A DNA stretch of 64,000 bases from Nitrosopumilus sp. (GCA_965206745.1 OZ242220.1:768001-832000); one strand, 5' to 3'. Numbered from the stretch's first letter, positions 28,470 to 38,860 are shown. Notes: generated by a model not told the origin, from the letters alone. A program made the numbers and translations.

Positions 28470-31424
28470 ATGACTCGAATTCCACTCGTATTGGGACTGT
28501 TTGTTCTACTTCTGATGCCTGTGTATGCATCGGCACAAACTCCAGACAGAATCACGATCATCGATAATTTTGGAGATTACGACCGTGGAGAATCCTTGTT
28601 TGTCTATGGACAAATCGCAAGTCTGTCGGATGGTTCCTATCTAATAATGCAAATTTTTAATCCTCAGGGAGATTTATGTCAAATTCAACAATTAACACCA
28701 TTGCCTAATGGTGACTTTATCACTGACTTTATCCCTCTACAGGGAAGAATTTGCGGTGTTTCTGGAGAATATGAAGTAAAGTTATTTTATGGCGACTATA
28801 CAAAATCTACCAAATTTAATGTCTCTGCTGATTCATTCTCCCAAGTATCTGAGAATGTCATGCTCGCTACAGCCCAAAATCTGCTATCTTCACAAGGCAC
28901 TGTGGTGGGAAAATTATTTGACATACCCTCCCCAATCTCAAATCAAACCTCCTCTGATCTGTCTCAACTCAAATCTGACTATGTTCGTTTATGGAGTGAA
29001 TTCTTTTCTGATGATTTGATATTTGAAATTGATCCTTTGATTAGACCTGCAGTGTCCTCATCATTAAAATCAGTCCAAAAATTATTGAATGACGATGAAA
29101 TCTCTTTTGAAGTAGGAAAATCCATCGATGAGAAGATTTACACTGCAATATTTTATTACGAAATTGGAGATAAAACAAAAGGAATCGATTTGTTGGCAGA
29201 TGCATTTGTAGATGTAAAAAATGTAAATCCTGAAAAAATAACCAAGAGAACTCCCACTTTTGATGAATTAGAGGCCACACTTTTGAATTTAATGACAAAG
29301 TCTAACACTGTTATGAGCAAGTCCGTAAAAAGTGAAATCGCATTTATTTTTGCCAGGGGGACTGCTCCTGTATATTCTGATGAAATCACCGAACTTGTTG
29401 AAATTCTCACTAAATCCAGGTATCTTGATGCCGTCGCTCGAAAACAAAATGACCTATATCGATTAATTCAAAATAATTGGGACTCTGTCAAATTATCCTT
29501 GATGGGCAAGGACACTCTAAATGAATTGCTTGCCTCATCTACGCGGGTTGGAGAATTACATCAGGCTGCCCTACTCTTAAGAGAACTTGACCATGTAGGC
29601 CGATTCATCTCATCTGATCCTGAAGAGAACGGTGTTCTTGCAAATCTGATTGAGCCTGATTGGGACTCGTTGGCGCGTGACTTGGCATTGGCTACCTCAA
29701 TCCGTAATATTTTGGAATCCGAATCCAAAATCCACCAAATGGCTCAAATCATAGAAATCTCATCTAGGATTAGCAAAATCGTTGAAATTTCCCAGAACCG
29801 CGATGTCGACTCTGGACTAATCGATGATTGGAATCTGCTCCTGGAGCGAGTTGAAAATGCTGACTCTGTTGACAATCTCTTACAAATAATCTCCGAATTT
29901 GATCAAACTATAACTGAACTTAGGGAGAAAAGAGATCCTTTGTCTGTTTTAGAATATCAATACAAAACGATGAAACAGAAAGCAGAGATTCAAGCTGATT
30001 ATGAAAACCTTGTCCTCATTGACAATGCACTGAAAATTTTAGATACTGCCAAACAAATGGAATCTGGCAACCCGTCAATTACAAGAATTGATCGAATCGA
30101 AGTTTTACTGAGTTGGGCTAGTACTGTTGCCCCTAAAATCCAAAATGACTTGGATTCATACAATAAGGACGCATACAAAATTCGAGCAAGTGATATTTTA
30201 GAGCGTGCAAAATCCCTTGAAAACCTGGTAGATCTGAGCTTAACCAAAAACCGATTCCTTCCAAAGTATGTTGAATTCACTGAAACATTCAATGAAAGAA
30301 TCGACATGGTGCGCGACCTTGTTATCACAAATGATCTTGATCAAGCCAATGTGCTAGTCCGCGATCTATTTGATGAATGGCGTTTGATCACCCAAGCATA
30401 CTCTGATGATCCTTTCGGCTCTGATAATGGCTACAGTCTGGATGAACTCAAGCGTATTGACTTTCGTAAGAAATTAGACGCTTTTTCAAACATGGTGTCG
30501 AATTTCCACAATGCAGGGTTTTCTGACTATGTAGATGAATATAATCAAAAAGTGGCTGACACTGAGAGATTCATTGATTTGGGGAACTTTGTTGATGTTG
30601 AATCCAATATTCTAGAAATTGGCAACTATCTTAGTGAACATCTAGTGCTACATGATGATCGTATAATTTATGACATTTCATTTGATGCTGAAAAAAATAT
30701 CTGGGTGATTACAGGCGCAACTGACAAATCTGTTTTTGATAGGCGTGAAAACCTGTATGTTACCGTCTTTAACATGGATGGAACCACTCATAGCGCCCTT
30801 GAGTTTACAGATACAAAGCAGGGTAACTTCTTCACCCAATGGGTGGCTCCTGCTGATCCTGGCCTGTATGTGGTAATGTTACAGTATCAGAATTCTAAGG
30901 CATCCCAGATTGTGTATATCGAAGACGAATTTGATTACAAATACAATGATGTGGACTTGAATATGATTGAACTAGCACGTGACTTTGGTGAGTTGGAAAC
31001 ATTTGCAGAAAAGTTTGGCGGTGACGTATTTACTGAAAACACTCGATTTGCATCTGTGATAAATGAGATTGAATCTTCAATCCGGGACAAAAATAAAAAA
31101 ACTGTCAATGACAATCTAAATGAATTAAAACTTCTCATTGAAAGATATCTTCCTGTGCGATCTCGCGTTGCAGTAGTTGAGGCAATTCATGATGATGACA
31201 AGTTAATTGTGTCTGGCGCAGTACAAAAGTTCCTTGCCTTCAGAGAAGACTTGTTCGTTGATGTGTATAATCAAAAAGGCACTTTGATTGAAGCGATTGC
31301 ATTAAAGGACAACTCTTCTGGATTGTTCACTGAAACCATTCAGCGTCAGTTCGAACCAGGCGTATATGTTGCCCAATTGCAATACCATGATGTGATAGTA
31401 ACTGACTTTTTTAATGTGAAATAA
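28470..31424 (+). CDS. Large exported protein, Ig-like termini and helical core, function unknown
   Basis: Signal peptide, 984-aa ORF; beta-rich ends (YDRGESLFVYG, PGLYVVMLQY, PGVYVAQLQY) flank an acidic helical middle. Confidence 0.8.
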   Translation: MTRIPLVLGLFVLLLMPVYASAQTPDRITIIDNFGDYDRGESLFVYGQIASLSDGSYLIMQIFNPQGDLCQIQQLTPLPNGDFITDFIPLQGRICGVSGEYEVKLFYGDYTKSTKFNVSADSFSQVSENVMLATAQNLLSSQGTVVGKLFDIPSPISNQTSSDLSQLKSDYVRLWSEFFSDDLIFEIDPLIRPAVSSSLKSVQKLLNDDEISFEVGKSIDEKIYTAIFYYEIGDKTKGIDLLADAFVDVKNVNPEKITKRTPTFDELEATLLNLMTKSNTVMSKSVKSEIAFIFARGTAPVYSDEITELVEILTKSRYLDAVARKQNDLYRLIQNNWDSVKLSLMGKDTLNELLASSTRVGELHQAALLLRELDHVGRFISSDPEENGVLANLIEPDWDSLARDLALATSIRNILESESKIHQMAQIIEISSRISKIVEISQNRDVDSGLIDDWNLLLERVENADSVDNLLQIISEFDQTITELREKRDPLSVLEYQYKTMKQKAEIQADYENLVLIDNALKILDTAKQMESGNPSITRIDRIEVLLSWASTVAPKIQNDLDSYNKDAYKIRASDILERAKSLENLVDLSLTKNRFLPKYVEFTETFNERIDMVRDLVITNDLDQANVLVRDLFDEWRLITQAYSDDPFGSDNGYSLDELKRIDFRKKLDAFSNMVSNFHNAGFSDYVDEYNQKVADTERFIDLGNFVDVESNILEIGNYLSEHLVLHDDRIIYDISFDAEKNIWVITGATDKSVFDRRENLYVTVFNMDGTTHSALEFTDTKQGNFFTQWVAPADPGLYVVMLQYQNSKASQIVYIEDEFDYKYNDVDLNMIELARDFGELETFAEKFGGDVFTENTRFASVINEIESSIRDKNKKTVNDNLNELKLLIERYLPVRSRVAVVEAIHDDDKLIVSGAVQKFLAFREDLFVDVYNQKGTLIEAIALKDNSSGLFTETIQRQFEPGVYVAQLQYHDVIVTDFFNVK

Positions 31425-32639
31425 CTATTTTTTGCCCTTTACCAAGTTGAAGAGTTGTCTAACTGCAAGTTTTGGATGATGAGTTGCCAGTTTGATCATG
31501 TTGGTTAATCCGAAATCTGCCTTGATAAAGTCAATGAACTCTTCTGGTCTTAATTCTTTGATGATGTCTAATTCCCTGTCCCATTCTTCATCTGTAAGTC
31601 CAATCCATCTGCTCTGAACTTTGCCTGCCGAATTAATTTTGGATTCGATCTCCCCTCTCCAATTTTTTTCATAAGGGTATAGAGATTCTTTGTCTGTATT
31701 GCCTGATTTTATTGCGTCTGAGGCCACGCTTCCTGCGACCCTTCCGAATTTTATGGCGTATCTTATTCCTTCCAATACTAGCGGATTTGCCTGTCCTGCA
31801 GAGTCTCCGACTAGTATCAAATTGTTAAAAACTGTGCTCCTGGATAATCCGTCATTTGGAATTAACCCGTAATGAAATTCTATCTCCGTTAGGTTTCCTA
31901 GTTTTTTTATCGGCCCTATCTTTTTCTCCATTATCTCTTTGAGTCTCTGTGTCGGGTCTATGTTGGACTCTGGCTTGCCTATTCCTACCCCGATTCTAAC
32001 TATGTTGTCCCCTAAGGGAAAGATCCATGCATAGCCTGCCGGCGAATATTCTTGTCCTACCATAAGCCACCATGTGTCTGAATCTGCGCTTTCTGCCCTG
32101 ACCTCGTATTCTGCACCTGCTCCGAATCTCTCCCACTGTGGCGCAAATCCCATTGCCCTGCAAACTGTTGATGGAAAACCGCTTGCATCTATTACCACTT
32201 TGGAATGAAACACCGTCTCCCCCTTGGGCCCGATTCCGCTAACTCCTGCAATATCCCCCCTCTCATTTTTGATGACGTTTTTGATATTCATTTTTACAAA
32301 AATGTCTGCCCCTGACTTTTCTGCCTCATTTGCTAACCACCTGTATGTCTTTCTTACATCCAACACTGCCGCCCTTGGAACGGTATCACTAATTGTGACC
32401 TCGTTATTAGGCGAGCAAAATGAGAAATTTTTAATTGGGTTGTAGCACTCATCTGGAATCCCGAACTCTTTGATATTTTGAATCCATGTGACCCCGCTGG
32501 TTCTAACTGTTTGTGCAATTGAATCTTCTTTTTCAAGCAAAGCTACCCTGATACCGTTCTTTGCTGCAGCATATGCTGCTGAGGATCCTGCCGGTCCTCC
32601 TCCAACAATGACTAGATCATAATGGTACTCTTCAGACAA
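31425..32639 (-). CDS. Geranylgeranyl reductase family FAD oxidoreductase
   Basis: GGGPAG, DASG, GYAWIFP, VGDSAG..NPL..EGI. Confidence 0.9.
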   Translation of the reverse strand: MSEEYHYDLVIVGGGPAGSSAAYAAAKNGIRVALLEKEDSIAQTVRTSGVTWIQNIKEFGIPDECYNPIKNFSFCSPNNEVTISDTVPRAAVLDVRKTYRWLANEAEKSGADIFVKMNIKNVIKNERGDIAGVSGIGPKGETVFHSKVVIDASGFPSTVCRAMGFAPQWERFGAGAEYEVRAESADSDTWWLMVGQEYSPAGYAWIFPLGDNIVRIGVGIGKPESNIDPTQRLKEIMEKKIGPIKKLGNLTEIEFHYGLIPNDGLSRSTVFNNLILVGDSAGQANPLVLEGIRYAIKFGRVAGSVASDAIKSGNTDKESLYPYEKNWRGEIESKINSAGKVQSRWIGLTDEEWDRELDIIKELRPEEFIDFIKADFGLTNMIKLATHHPKLAVRQLFNLVKGKK

Positions 32640-32690
32640 CTGATTTCAATGACTAACCACTTGGATATAATTTTGAGGTATGCTATTTTG

Positions 32691-32900
32691 CTATTTCTTT
32701 AATACTGGGGTGCCTGTGGAGTCGTTTTCTCTCTCTGTATCAAATGTTTCCATGTGTGCTGGGTCTCTGTGCATGAAACTGTGGGTTTTGCCTTCTGCCT
32801 TTCTGCAGAACTTGGAATGAATTGTCTCCTCTACCTTTAGTGTAGTTTCATTTTCATGAAATAGGCGTTTTCCACAATCAGGACATATGAATTCAGGCAT
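32691..32900 (-). CDS. Small Zn-finger protein
   Basis: MPEFICPDCG...HSKFC. Confidence 0.75.
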   Translation of the reverse strand: MPEFICPDCGKRLFHENETTLKVEETIHSKFCRKAEGKTHSFMHRDPAHMETFDTERENDSTGTPVLKK

Positions 32901-33205
32901 AAATTCCGTCAGTATCAAATCTATTTAAACGTAATTTGTTCAGGGAACCTGACACACTTTGATTTTGATAGGAGATAGTTTCTATCCTTTGGACTGGCAA
33001 TATCTCGTGGATTCTGCTAGAATCGAATCAGTCATATTTTTATTTCGGCCTGACTTTCCATGACTTTTCAGATCATCTTGGGAATTTCAAAATTCCTAGG
33101 CACGTACAATCCTTGGCGAATTGAATTTATTTGGTCATCTCGTGCTTTTAGGAGGCAATTCACTCCTAACCCAAACTTTAGATGTTTATTGTTCTGTTGT
33201 TAATC

Positions 33206-33322
33206 ATGGATGAATCTGATCTTGGATCATTTTTCATGTGGTTTGCAATTACAGGAATTGCTATGCTGGTGACTGGACTTGGCTATCGAGCTTATTCTAA
33301 AAAGAATAGAACTTTGTCTTGA
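33206..33322 (+). CDS. 38-aa single-TM microprotein
   Basis: Hand-translated MDESDLGSFFMWFAITGIAMLVTGLGYRAYSKKNRTLS: acidic N-terminus, TM helix, basic tail. Confidence 0.55.
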   Translation: MDESDLGSFFMWFAITGIAMLVTGLGYRAYSKKNRTLS

Positions 33323-33343
33323 TGTGAGTTCTGATTGTCTGCT

Positions 33344-34105
33344 TTATCCCTCAGAAGCTGTCTTTCCGCCATCCACATTTAAGATGGTTCCTGTTACCCA
33401 GTTGGCTTCATCTGAGGCCAGGTATAGTGCCGCATTTGCAACATCTGCCGGTTCTCCAACTCGTCCTAGGGGCAACCTCTCTTCTAACACTTTTCTCGCT
33501 TGAGGATCATCAAGATACGGTTTTATCATTCCCGAATTAATAATTCCCGGATTAACACAGTTGCATCTGATGTTCTTCCTTGCATATTCTACTGCAATTG
33601 ATTTTGTAAACATGGCCATTGCGGCTTTGGTAGATGAATACACTGCCAAATGTACTCGTGGTATTGCCCTTTGACTTGAAATTGAGCCGATGTTGACTAT
33701 TGTCCCACTTTTGACATCTGACATTTTTGACAGAACCGCTTTTGTCATGTGGAACACTCCTAGCAAATTCGTGTCAATTAATTTCTTGATCTCTGAATCC
33801 TGCATTTTATGAAAATGTATTGGATCATTAATCGCCCCTGCATTATTAATCAAAATATCGATTCTACCGTATGTATCCATGATCTGGTCTACTGCTTGCA
33901 ATACTTGAGATTCATCAGTCAAATCGCATGATACTGGAGCAGTTGACTCTTCGTTTCCTATTTCCTTTCTCGTTGACTCTAGTCTTTCCAGATTCCTTGC
34001 TACTAGGATTACTTTGGCCCCTTCCTCCACAAACCTCTTGGCAATGCCTTTTCCAATATCCCCTGATGCCCCGGTGACGATGGCGATTTTTTCATTTAAT
34101 CGCAT
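33344..34105 (-). CDS. Short-chain dehydrogenase/reductase (FabG-like)
   Basis: [22 protein letters not shown]. Confidence 0.93.
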   Translation of the reverse strand: MRLNEKIAIVTGASGDIGKGIAKRFVEEGAKVILVARNLERLESTRKEIGNEESTAPVSCDLTDESQVLQAVDQIMDTYGRIDILINNAGAINDPIHFHKMQDSEIKKLIDTNLLGVFHMTKAVLSKMSDVKSGTIVNIGSISSQRAIPRVHLAVYSSTKAAMAMFTKSIAVEYARKNIRCNCVNPGIINSGMIKPYLDDPQARKVLEERLPLGRVGEPADVANAALYLASDEANWVTGTILNVDGGKTASEG

Positions 34106-34152
34106 AATGTTGTATTGTTTTCATAACTTATAGAATTTTTGTCGAATTTCAC

Positions 34153-34243
34153 GTATGAGGTCATCTATGCCTTTTAGTTAGGCACAAATCAACATTGTCG
34201 AAAATATTTTCACGCCTAGTTTTTTGAGTATCTGACCTCATAC
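34153..34243 (-). repeat. Dispersed ~90-bp TIR element, copy A (best preserved)
   Basis: Perfect 11-bp TIR GTATGAGGTCA (34153-34163) / TGACCTCATAC (34233-34243). Confidence 0.88.
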
Positions 34244-34267
34244 AATTTTACTCATAATTTGTCCCAT

Positions 34268-35140
34268 CTACCCATTGATTCTTTTGATGTATTCGATAAT
34301 TCCCGTATAATCTATGTCTCCCAACCCTTCGCTGACTGCATTTTTGTAGATTTCTTCTGCCTTACTAATCATTGGCAATTCAATTCCAAGAGATTTTGCA
34401 GTATCTGTCATGATGGCAATGTCCTTTTTCAGATTTGAAAGCGTGAATGTTGCATCGTACTTGCCCTCTATCATCTTGTATGCCTTTTTTTCACTCATGC
34501 CTGTTTTAAAATAAGTAGAGTTTAAAATTTCTAGAAATATTTTAGGATCAACATTTGATTTTCTGACAAGAGTTATTCCTTCAGATAGGGCCAGAGCCAG
34601 CATCGTGATTTGAAGGTTCATTGCTAATTTTATGGAATTTGCAGTTCCGCTTTCACCTAGGAAAAATACTTTGCTTGCTATGGCATCAAACACCTCCTTG
34701 CATCTGTCAAAGCTCTCTTTATCCCCTGATGCCATCATGACCAAACCTCCGGTTGCTGCCACATCTGGTCCCCCCATTACGGGTATGTCTAATTTGATGA
34801 TTCCAGAATCGCTGAACTGCCTTGAGATATCTTTTGATTCTGATTGGCCAATCGTGCTCATATCTGCAACGATTAATTTTCCATGGCTTGTTTTGATGAT
34901 GCCGTTGTTTTCAAATGAAATCTGTCTGACTGCATCTGCATCTCGTAAAACTGTGATTACTAAATCTGAATTTTCTGCAACTTCTTTTGGCGATTCTGCA
35001 ATTACTGCTCCTCTTTCTTTTAATTCTGATGTTTTTTCTTTTGTTCTGTTGTATGCTGTTATTTTAAAACCTGAATCTGCCAAATGCAATGCTACGGCGT
35101 TGCCCAACTTTCCTAATCCTATGATGCCTATCTTTTCCAT
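34268..35140 (-). CDS. Beta-hydroxyacid (3-hydroxyisobutyrate-type) dehydrogenase
   Basis: IGLGKLG, YNRT, DMST, DIPVMGG, KLAMN, KD motifs. Confidence 0.9.
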   Translation of the reverse strand: MEKIGIIGLGKLGNAVALHLADSGFKITAYNRTKEKTSELKERGAVIAESPKEVAENSDLVITVLRDADAVRQISFENNGIIKTSHGKLIVADMSTIGQSESKDISRQFSDSGIIKLDIPVMGGPDVAATGGLVMMASGDKESFDRCKEVFDAIASKVFFLGESGTANSIKLAMNLQITMLALALSEGITLVRKSNVDPKIFLEILNSTYFKTGMSEKKAYKMIEGKYDATFTLSNLKKDIAIMTDTAKSLGIELPMISKAEEIYKNAVSEGLGDIDYTGIIEYIKRING

Positions 35141-35164
35141 TTACCGTCCTCTGACATTGTCTTT

Positions 35165-35551
35165 TTAATGCCTCTCTTCATTTTGAATCTCCCAGTGCTT
35201 ATTTCCGAATCTTGAGACTGCAAATTCTAATTGACCTATAGTTTTGTCTCCCTTCTTGACTTTGGCAAAGTCAAATTTCTTCATTTTGAATATCTTTTCT
35301 TTAGGCTTGTATCCCCCTTCGATAACCTTCACTTTGAATCTCTTGCTTGCTTTGATGACCATTTTTCTTGCATTCTGAATATTTCCAATCCATGAAAACA
35401 TCTCAAACTCTCCAAAATTCTCTGTAACTATATTGTGGCCGTATAGCCTTGCCTCGAGTTTGATTGATTGAGATTCTGCCTGTTCATTTAACCATGAAAC
35501 GACTTCTTGACCGTGACCCTTCTCAACCCCGAATGTTTCTGAATCTGCCAT
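35165..35551 (-). CDS. Hypothetical protein
   Basis: 128-aa ORF, co-oriented with the downstream dehydrogenase. Confidence 0.75.
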   Translation of the reverse strand: MADSETFGVEKGHGQEVVSWLNEQAESQSIKLEARLYGHNIVTENFGEFEMFSWIGNIQNARKMVIKASKRFKVKVIEGGYKPKEKIFKMKKFDFAKVKKGDKTIGQLEFAVSRFGNKHWEIQNEERH

Positions 35552-35634
35552 CTAACCACACTAGTAATGTTAAACAATAATAACCATTTTCAAGTACGTG
35601 TTAAACTAAAATATCGACCCGACTGTGGTATCTT

Positions 35635-36006
35635 ATGCTCACAATTGACTGCAAGGATGTAATTTCCGTCAAGAATGACTTGCTAGTGTATGTGGCAGAC
35701 CAGGTGGCAGCCATTCCTACTTTGAAGAATAACCAATTCACCCTATCATGCTTAAATGATGATGAAATTATTGACACCGGCGCTGTGATTTCTGCAATAA
35801 AGGAGTACCTGGATTCAATAAATGAGGGAAAGAACTTTGCTGTAATTTCAAATAATGATGTGATAAACATAACATCTGTCTCTGGCAGGGTCATTGAAAA
35901 TACCACTGCCAAGTCTGAACATGAAATGTTCTCATGCACTCATTGCGGATTTGTCACTCAATATCAGGTCGAGTTAAATGTTCATATGAGAATTCACTAT
36001 CTGTGA
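35635..36006 (+). CDS. C2H2 zinc-finger protein
   Basis: C-terminal FSCTHCG...LNVHMRIH. Confidence 0.82.
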   Translation: MLTIDCKDVISVKNDLLVYVADQVAAIPTLKNNQFTLSCLNDDEIIDTGAVISAIKEYLDSINEGKNFAVISNNDVINITSVSGRVIENTTAKSEHEMFSCTHCGFVTQYQVELNVHMRIHYL

Positions 36007-36297
36007 TCTGCCCGACTTTTAATCCCTGGCATTTGTGATGCTGCTGAAAAACTATTCCAAAGGCCTAATCCTGATATTCTAAAATGTATCCGTGACTCTT
36101 GAAATTTGCCCTGATCCAATCTAAACTGATTGATCCCCCAAAATATCACAAATCACTGTGTACCAACTCGGCTTTACAAGGCAATGGTTGAATGCCACAA
36201 AATTCCAAACGTTATGGCAAAACCTGTGACAAATTCGTCTGAAATTTTCATCAGCACCGATCTACAACAGGATCTTTATAAGCACCGATTGCCCAAA

Positions 36298-36498
36298 ATG
36301 TTTGTGAATAATCCCTCAAAATCCAATGTCTCTAAGGTATACTGTGAAAAATGTGATCTGGTTTTTGAATCCAGAGAAAAATTCGATAAACACCTTCAAA
36401 GGCATTCTGGTATCGCATGCGAGGTATGTCCAATTGACACTGCCATTGCAAAGTTTGTAAATCTGTTCAAGAGAAAATCTTCCCATAATTTGGAATAA
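36298..36498 (+). CDS. Small C2H2 zinc-finger protein
   Basis: CEKCDLVF...HLQRH then CEVCP; likely ATG at 36298. Confidence 0.75.
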   Translation: MFVNNPSKSNVSKVYCEKCDLVFESREKFDKHLQRHSGIACEVCPIDTAIAKFVNLFKRKSSHNLE

Positions 36499-36529
36499 GT
36501 TTTTTTAACCCGTCATTTTGTTTTCAATT

Positions 36530-37192
36530 ATGAATAAAATAGGCATAATTATAGGCGTCATCGCCATTGCAATTATCGCCGGCGTGGCCGCTTCATTATC
36601 TGCATCCCCTGCCGAAGTAACTAGTCTTGAGATGGGAAGAATGCATGGGACCATCTCCACTGCAATGGGTTCTCCAATTTTAGGTGATCCTTTAGCGCCA
36701 ATCACTATTGTTGAATTTGGCGATTACCAATGTCACCAGTGTTTTAATTGGTTCCACAATACAAAACCTGCAATATTCCAAGATTATGTTGAAACTGGAA
36801 AGGCAAATCTAGTGTTTGTTGACTTGGCATTTTTAGGACGTGATTCTCCAAAAGCATCTCAGGCATCTTACTGTGCTGAGGACCAAGGAATGTATTGGGA
36901 ATATCATGACATTCTTTACACTTCCCAAGAGTCGAAAATTGATAGCGGATGGGCAAATACTGAACGACTAAAAGCATTTGCATTTAGCTTGGGACTTGAC
37001 ATGGAGTTGTTTGACAGCTGTCTTGATTCAGGAAAGTATTCTAAACGAGTTCAATACAATATTCAGCAGGCAAGAGATCATGGCGTAAAGGGGACTCCCG
37101 GATTCTTCATCGTAGGTCCTAATGGACAAGAACAGCTTGGTGGCGCGCAACCATTTTCCGTGTTCAAACGAGTGTTGGATAAAATGGTCTAA
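36530..37192 (+). CDS. Membrane-anchored DsbA/BdbD-family thioredoxin-fold protein
   Basis: EFGDYQCHQC, GVKGTPGF, GAQP; N-terminal TM. Confidence 0.9.
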   Translation: MNKIGIIIGVIAIAIIAGVAASLSASPAEVTSLEMGRMHGTISTAMGSPILGDPLAPITIVEFGDYQCHQCFNWFHNTKPAIFQDYVETGKANLVFVDLAFLGRDSPKASQASYCAEDQGMYWEYHDILYTSQESKIDSGWANTERLKAFAFSLGLDMELFDSCLDSGKYSKRVQYNIQQARDHGVKGTPGFFIVGPNGQEQLGGAQPFSVFKRVLDKMV

Positions 37193-37193
37193 G

Positions 37194-37679
37194 ATGAAAT
37201 TTGCACTCTGTCTGGTATTTTCAAATCCAAAATATCTTCTCCTATCTGTTGTAATTTTTTCTACAATGCTGACCGGACTTTTGATCCTGTCTGAATATAT
37301 TTTCCTAGAGCCCTACATTGTTAGCCATCTTCCGTCTGGAACTGAATTTGGGTTTGTCCTCATTGTAATGATATCTGCATTATCTGCTCTGGTACTGCCG
37401 ATGAACATATTTCGTATCAGCATTCTCAAAAAATCCAAACAGAAGATGGGTGGCGGGATGTTTGGCTCCATTATCGGGGCAGTCGCCGGCGCATGCAGTT
37501 GCGGTCCGATAGGGTTTGCTGTGATCTCAACATTTGGTTCAGTCGGGGCAACTGCAACTGCATTTCTTACCAACTATGAAGTCCCAATCAGAATCGTTGC
37601 CATTGGGATTCTGGCCATTACTTATTTTACGACTGTCAAATCACTCAAAATTGAATGCAAGTTTGATCCAAATGCCTGA
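37194..37679 (+). CDS. Four-TM membrane protein with CxC motif
   Basis: ATG 2 nt after the DsbA stop; GAVAGACSCGP in a hydrophobic segment. Confidence 0.8.
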   Translation: MKFALCLVFSNPKYLLLSVVIFSTMLTGLLILSEYIFLEPYIVSHLPSGTEFGFVLIVMISALSALVLPMNIFRISILKKSKQKMGGGMFGSIIGAVAGACSCGPIGFAVISTFGSVGATATAFLTNYEVPIRIVAIGILAITYFTTVKSLKIECKFDPNA

Positions 37680-37830
37680 TGAATTAGAAATTACCATTTA
37701 GGCAAACTTTTGTAACCTTGGTCTGTATGTTGCAATCTTTTTAGGTGTTATTATGACGTCAATCTTTATTCCAATTAGGCCTGCTAGACGAGATCCAGAA
37801 TCTGATGAAATTGAAGATGCTGAAGACTAG
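37672..37830 (+). pseudogene. Small TM ORF interrupted by an in-frame TAG
   Basis: MPDELEITI*ANFCNLGLYVAIFLGVIMTSIFIPIRPARRDPESDEIEDAED; TAG at 37699-37701. Confidence 0.4.
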
Positions 37831-37918
37831 CATCTACTCTGAAATTTTAATCACGCTCTACTGATGTTCAAGATTTGCAAAGTCGAGATATTTATTTGCC
37901 TTTTTAAGATTTGATACA

Positions 37919-38860
37919 ATGCAGAATTGGAATTTAATTTTTGGAATTTTCATAATTTCCAGTCCGATTCTGTTTGCCATGATTGCATTTCCTGACTCTA
38001 TAGCTTGGAGCTGGAATGAGGGCAGGGGAGGGTATTTCTTTGCCTTAATCTTTGTTGTTGCTGAATTAATTGGATTAAAGATTGTAATTTCAAAAAGAAA
38101 GTTACTTGCTGTAATTCCTCTGGCCCTTGTAACCATTGCGTATCTTATTTCCTTGGAGTATGGTTTGAGAGAATACATTGTTGAATCTGCAGAATTATTT
38201 GATGTGCAATTGATCTATTCTTGGACTTGGATGTGGGACTTTGTTGTTATGGCGATCTTTATAGTTGCAGCTCTGAGTATTTTCTTTGGAAGACGATGGG
38301 TTAGAATTGCCCCTGCGGGCCCTATATTTCTTACAGGTACTGCAATAATACTTTCACTTGATGCATTTTTCCCCTATGACACACTTGGTCCCCTGCAATA
38401 CATTGTCCCGTATTTTGTACAGGCAAATGTGTGGGTAATTACTGCACTTGATCTTGGAACTGCTGCCGCTAGAGACAATGTGATGTTTTTGCGCGGTGAT
38501 CACGGTTCTATGGCCCTCCAAGTATTTTGGCCATCAGCTGGTGTCCACAGCATCATCATCTTTTCATTGGTAATTGGAGCATTCATGTTAAAGCTCAATA
38601 TTCCTAAATCTCGAAAAATCATTTATTTTATTTTAGGAATTATTGGAACCATCATCGTTAATCTGATACGGATTTTTTCCCTGTCTTGGTATGCGTTAAA
38701 AGTTACAACTGATCCTGTTGCATGGGAGGAATACCATAAGATAGCAGGCGAGATAATGTTCTTGCCCTGGCTGTTTGCATTCATTTTGGTTGTAATTATC
38801 ATTGAATCACGACGCCTGAAAAACTCTGAAAAAAATGATGTTTCTAGAAATATGACGTAA
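37919..38860 (+). CDS. artG: Thaumarchaeosortase
   Basis: Multi-TM; VFWPSAGVHS (Ser at the catalytic Cys position), NLIRI, EEYH..AGE. Confidence 0.9.
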   Translation: MQNWNLIFGIFIISSPILFAMIAFPDSIAWSWNEGRGGYFFALIFVVAELIGLKIVISKRKLLAVIPLALVTIAYLISLEYGLREYIVESAELFDVQLIYSWTWMWDFVVMAIFIVAALSIFFGRRWVRIAPAGPIFLTGTAIILSLDAFFPYDTLGPLQYIVPYFVQANVWVITALDLGTAAARDNVMFLRGDHGSMALQVFWPSAGVHSIIIFSLVIGAFMLKLNIPKSRKIIYFILGIIGTIIVNLIRIFSLSWYALKVTTDPVAWEEYHKIAGEIMFLPWLFAFILVVIIIESRRLKNSEKNDVSRNMT

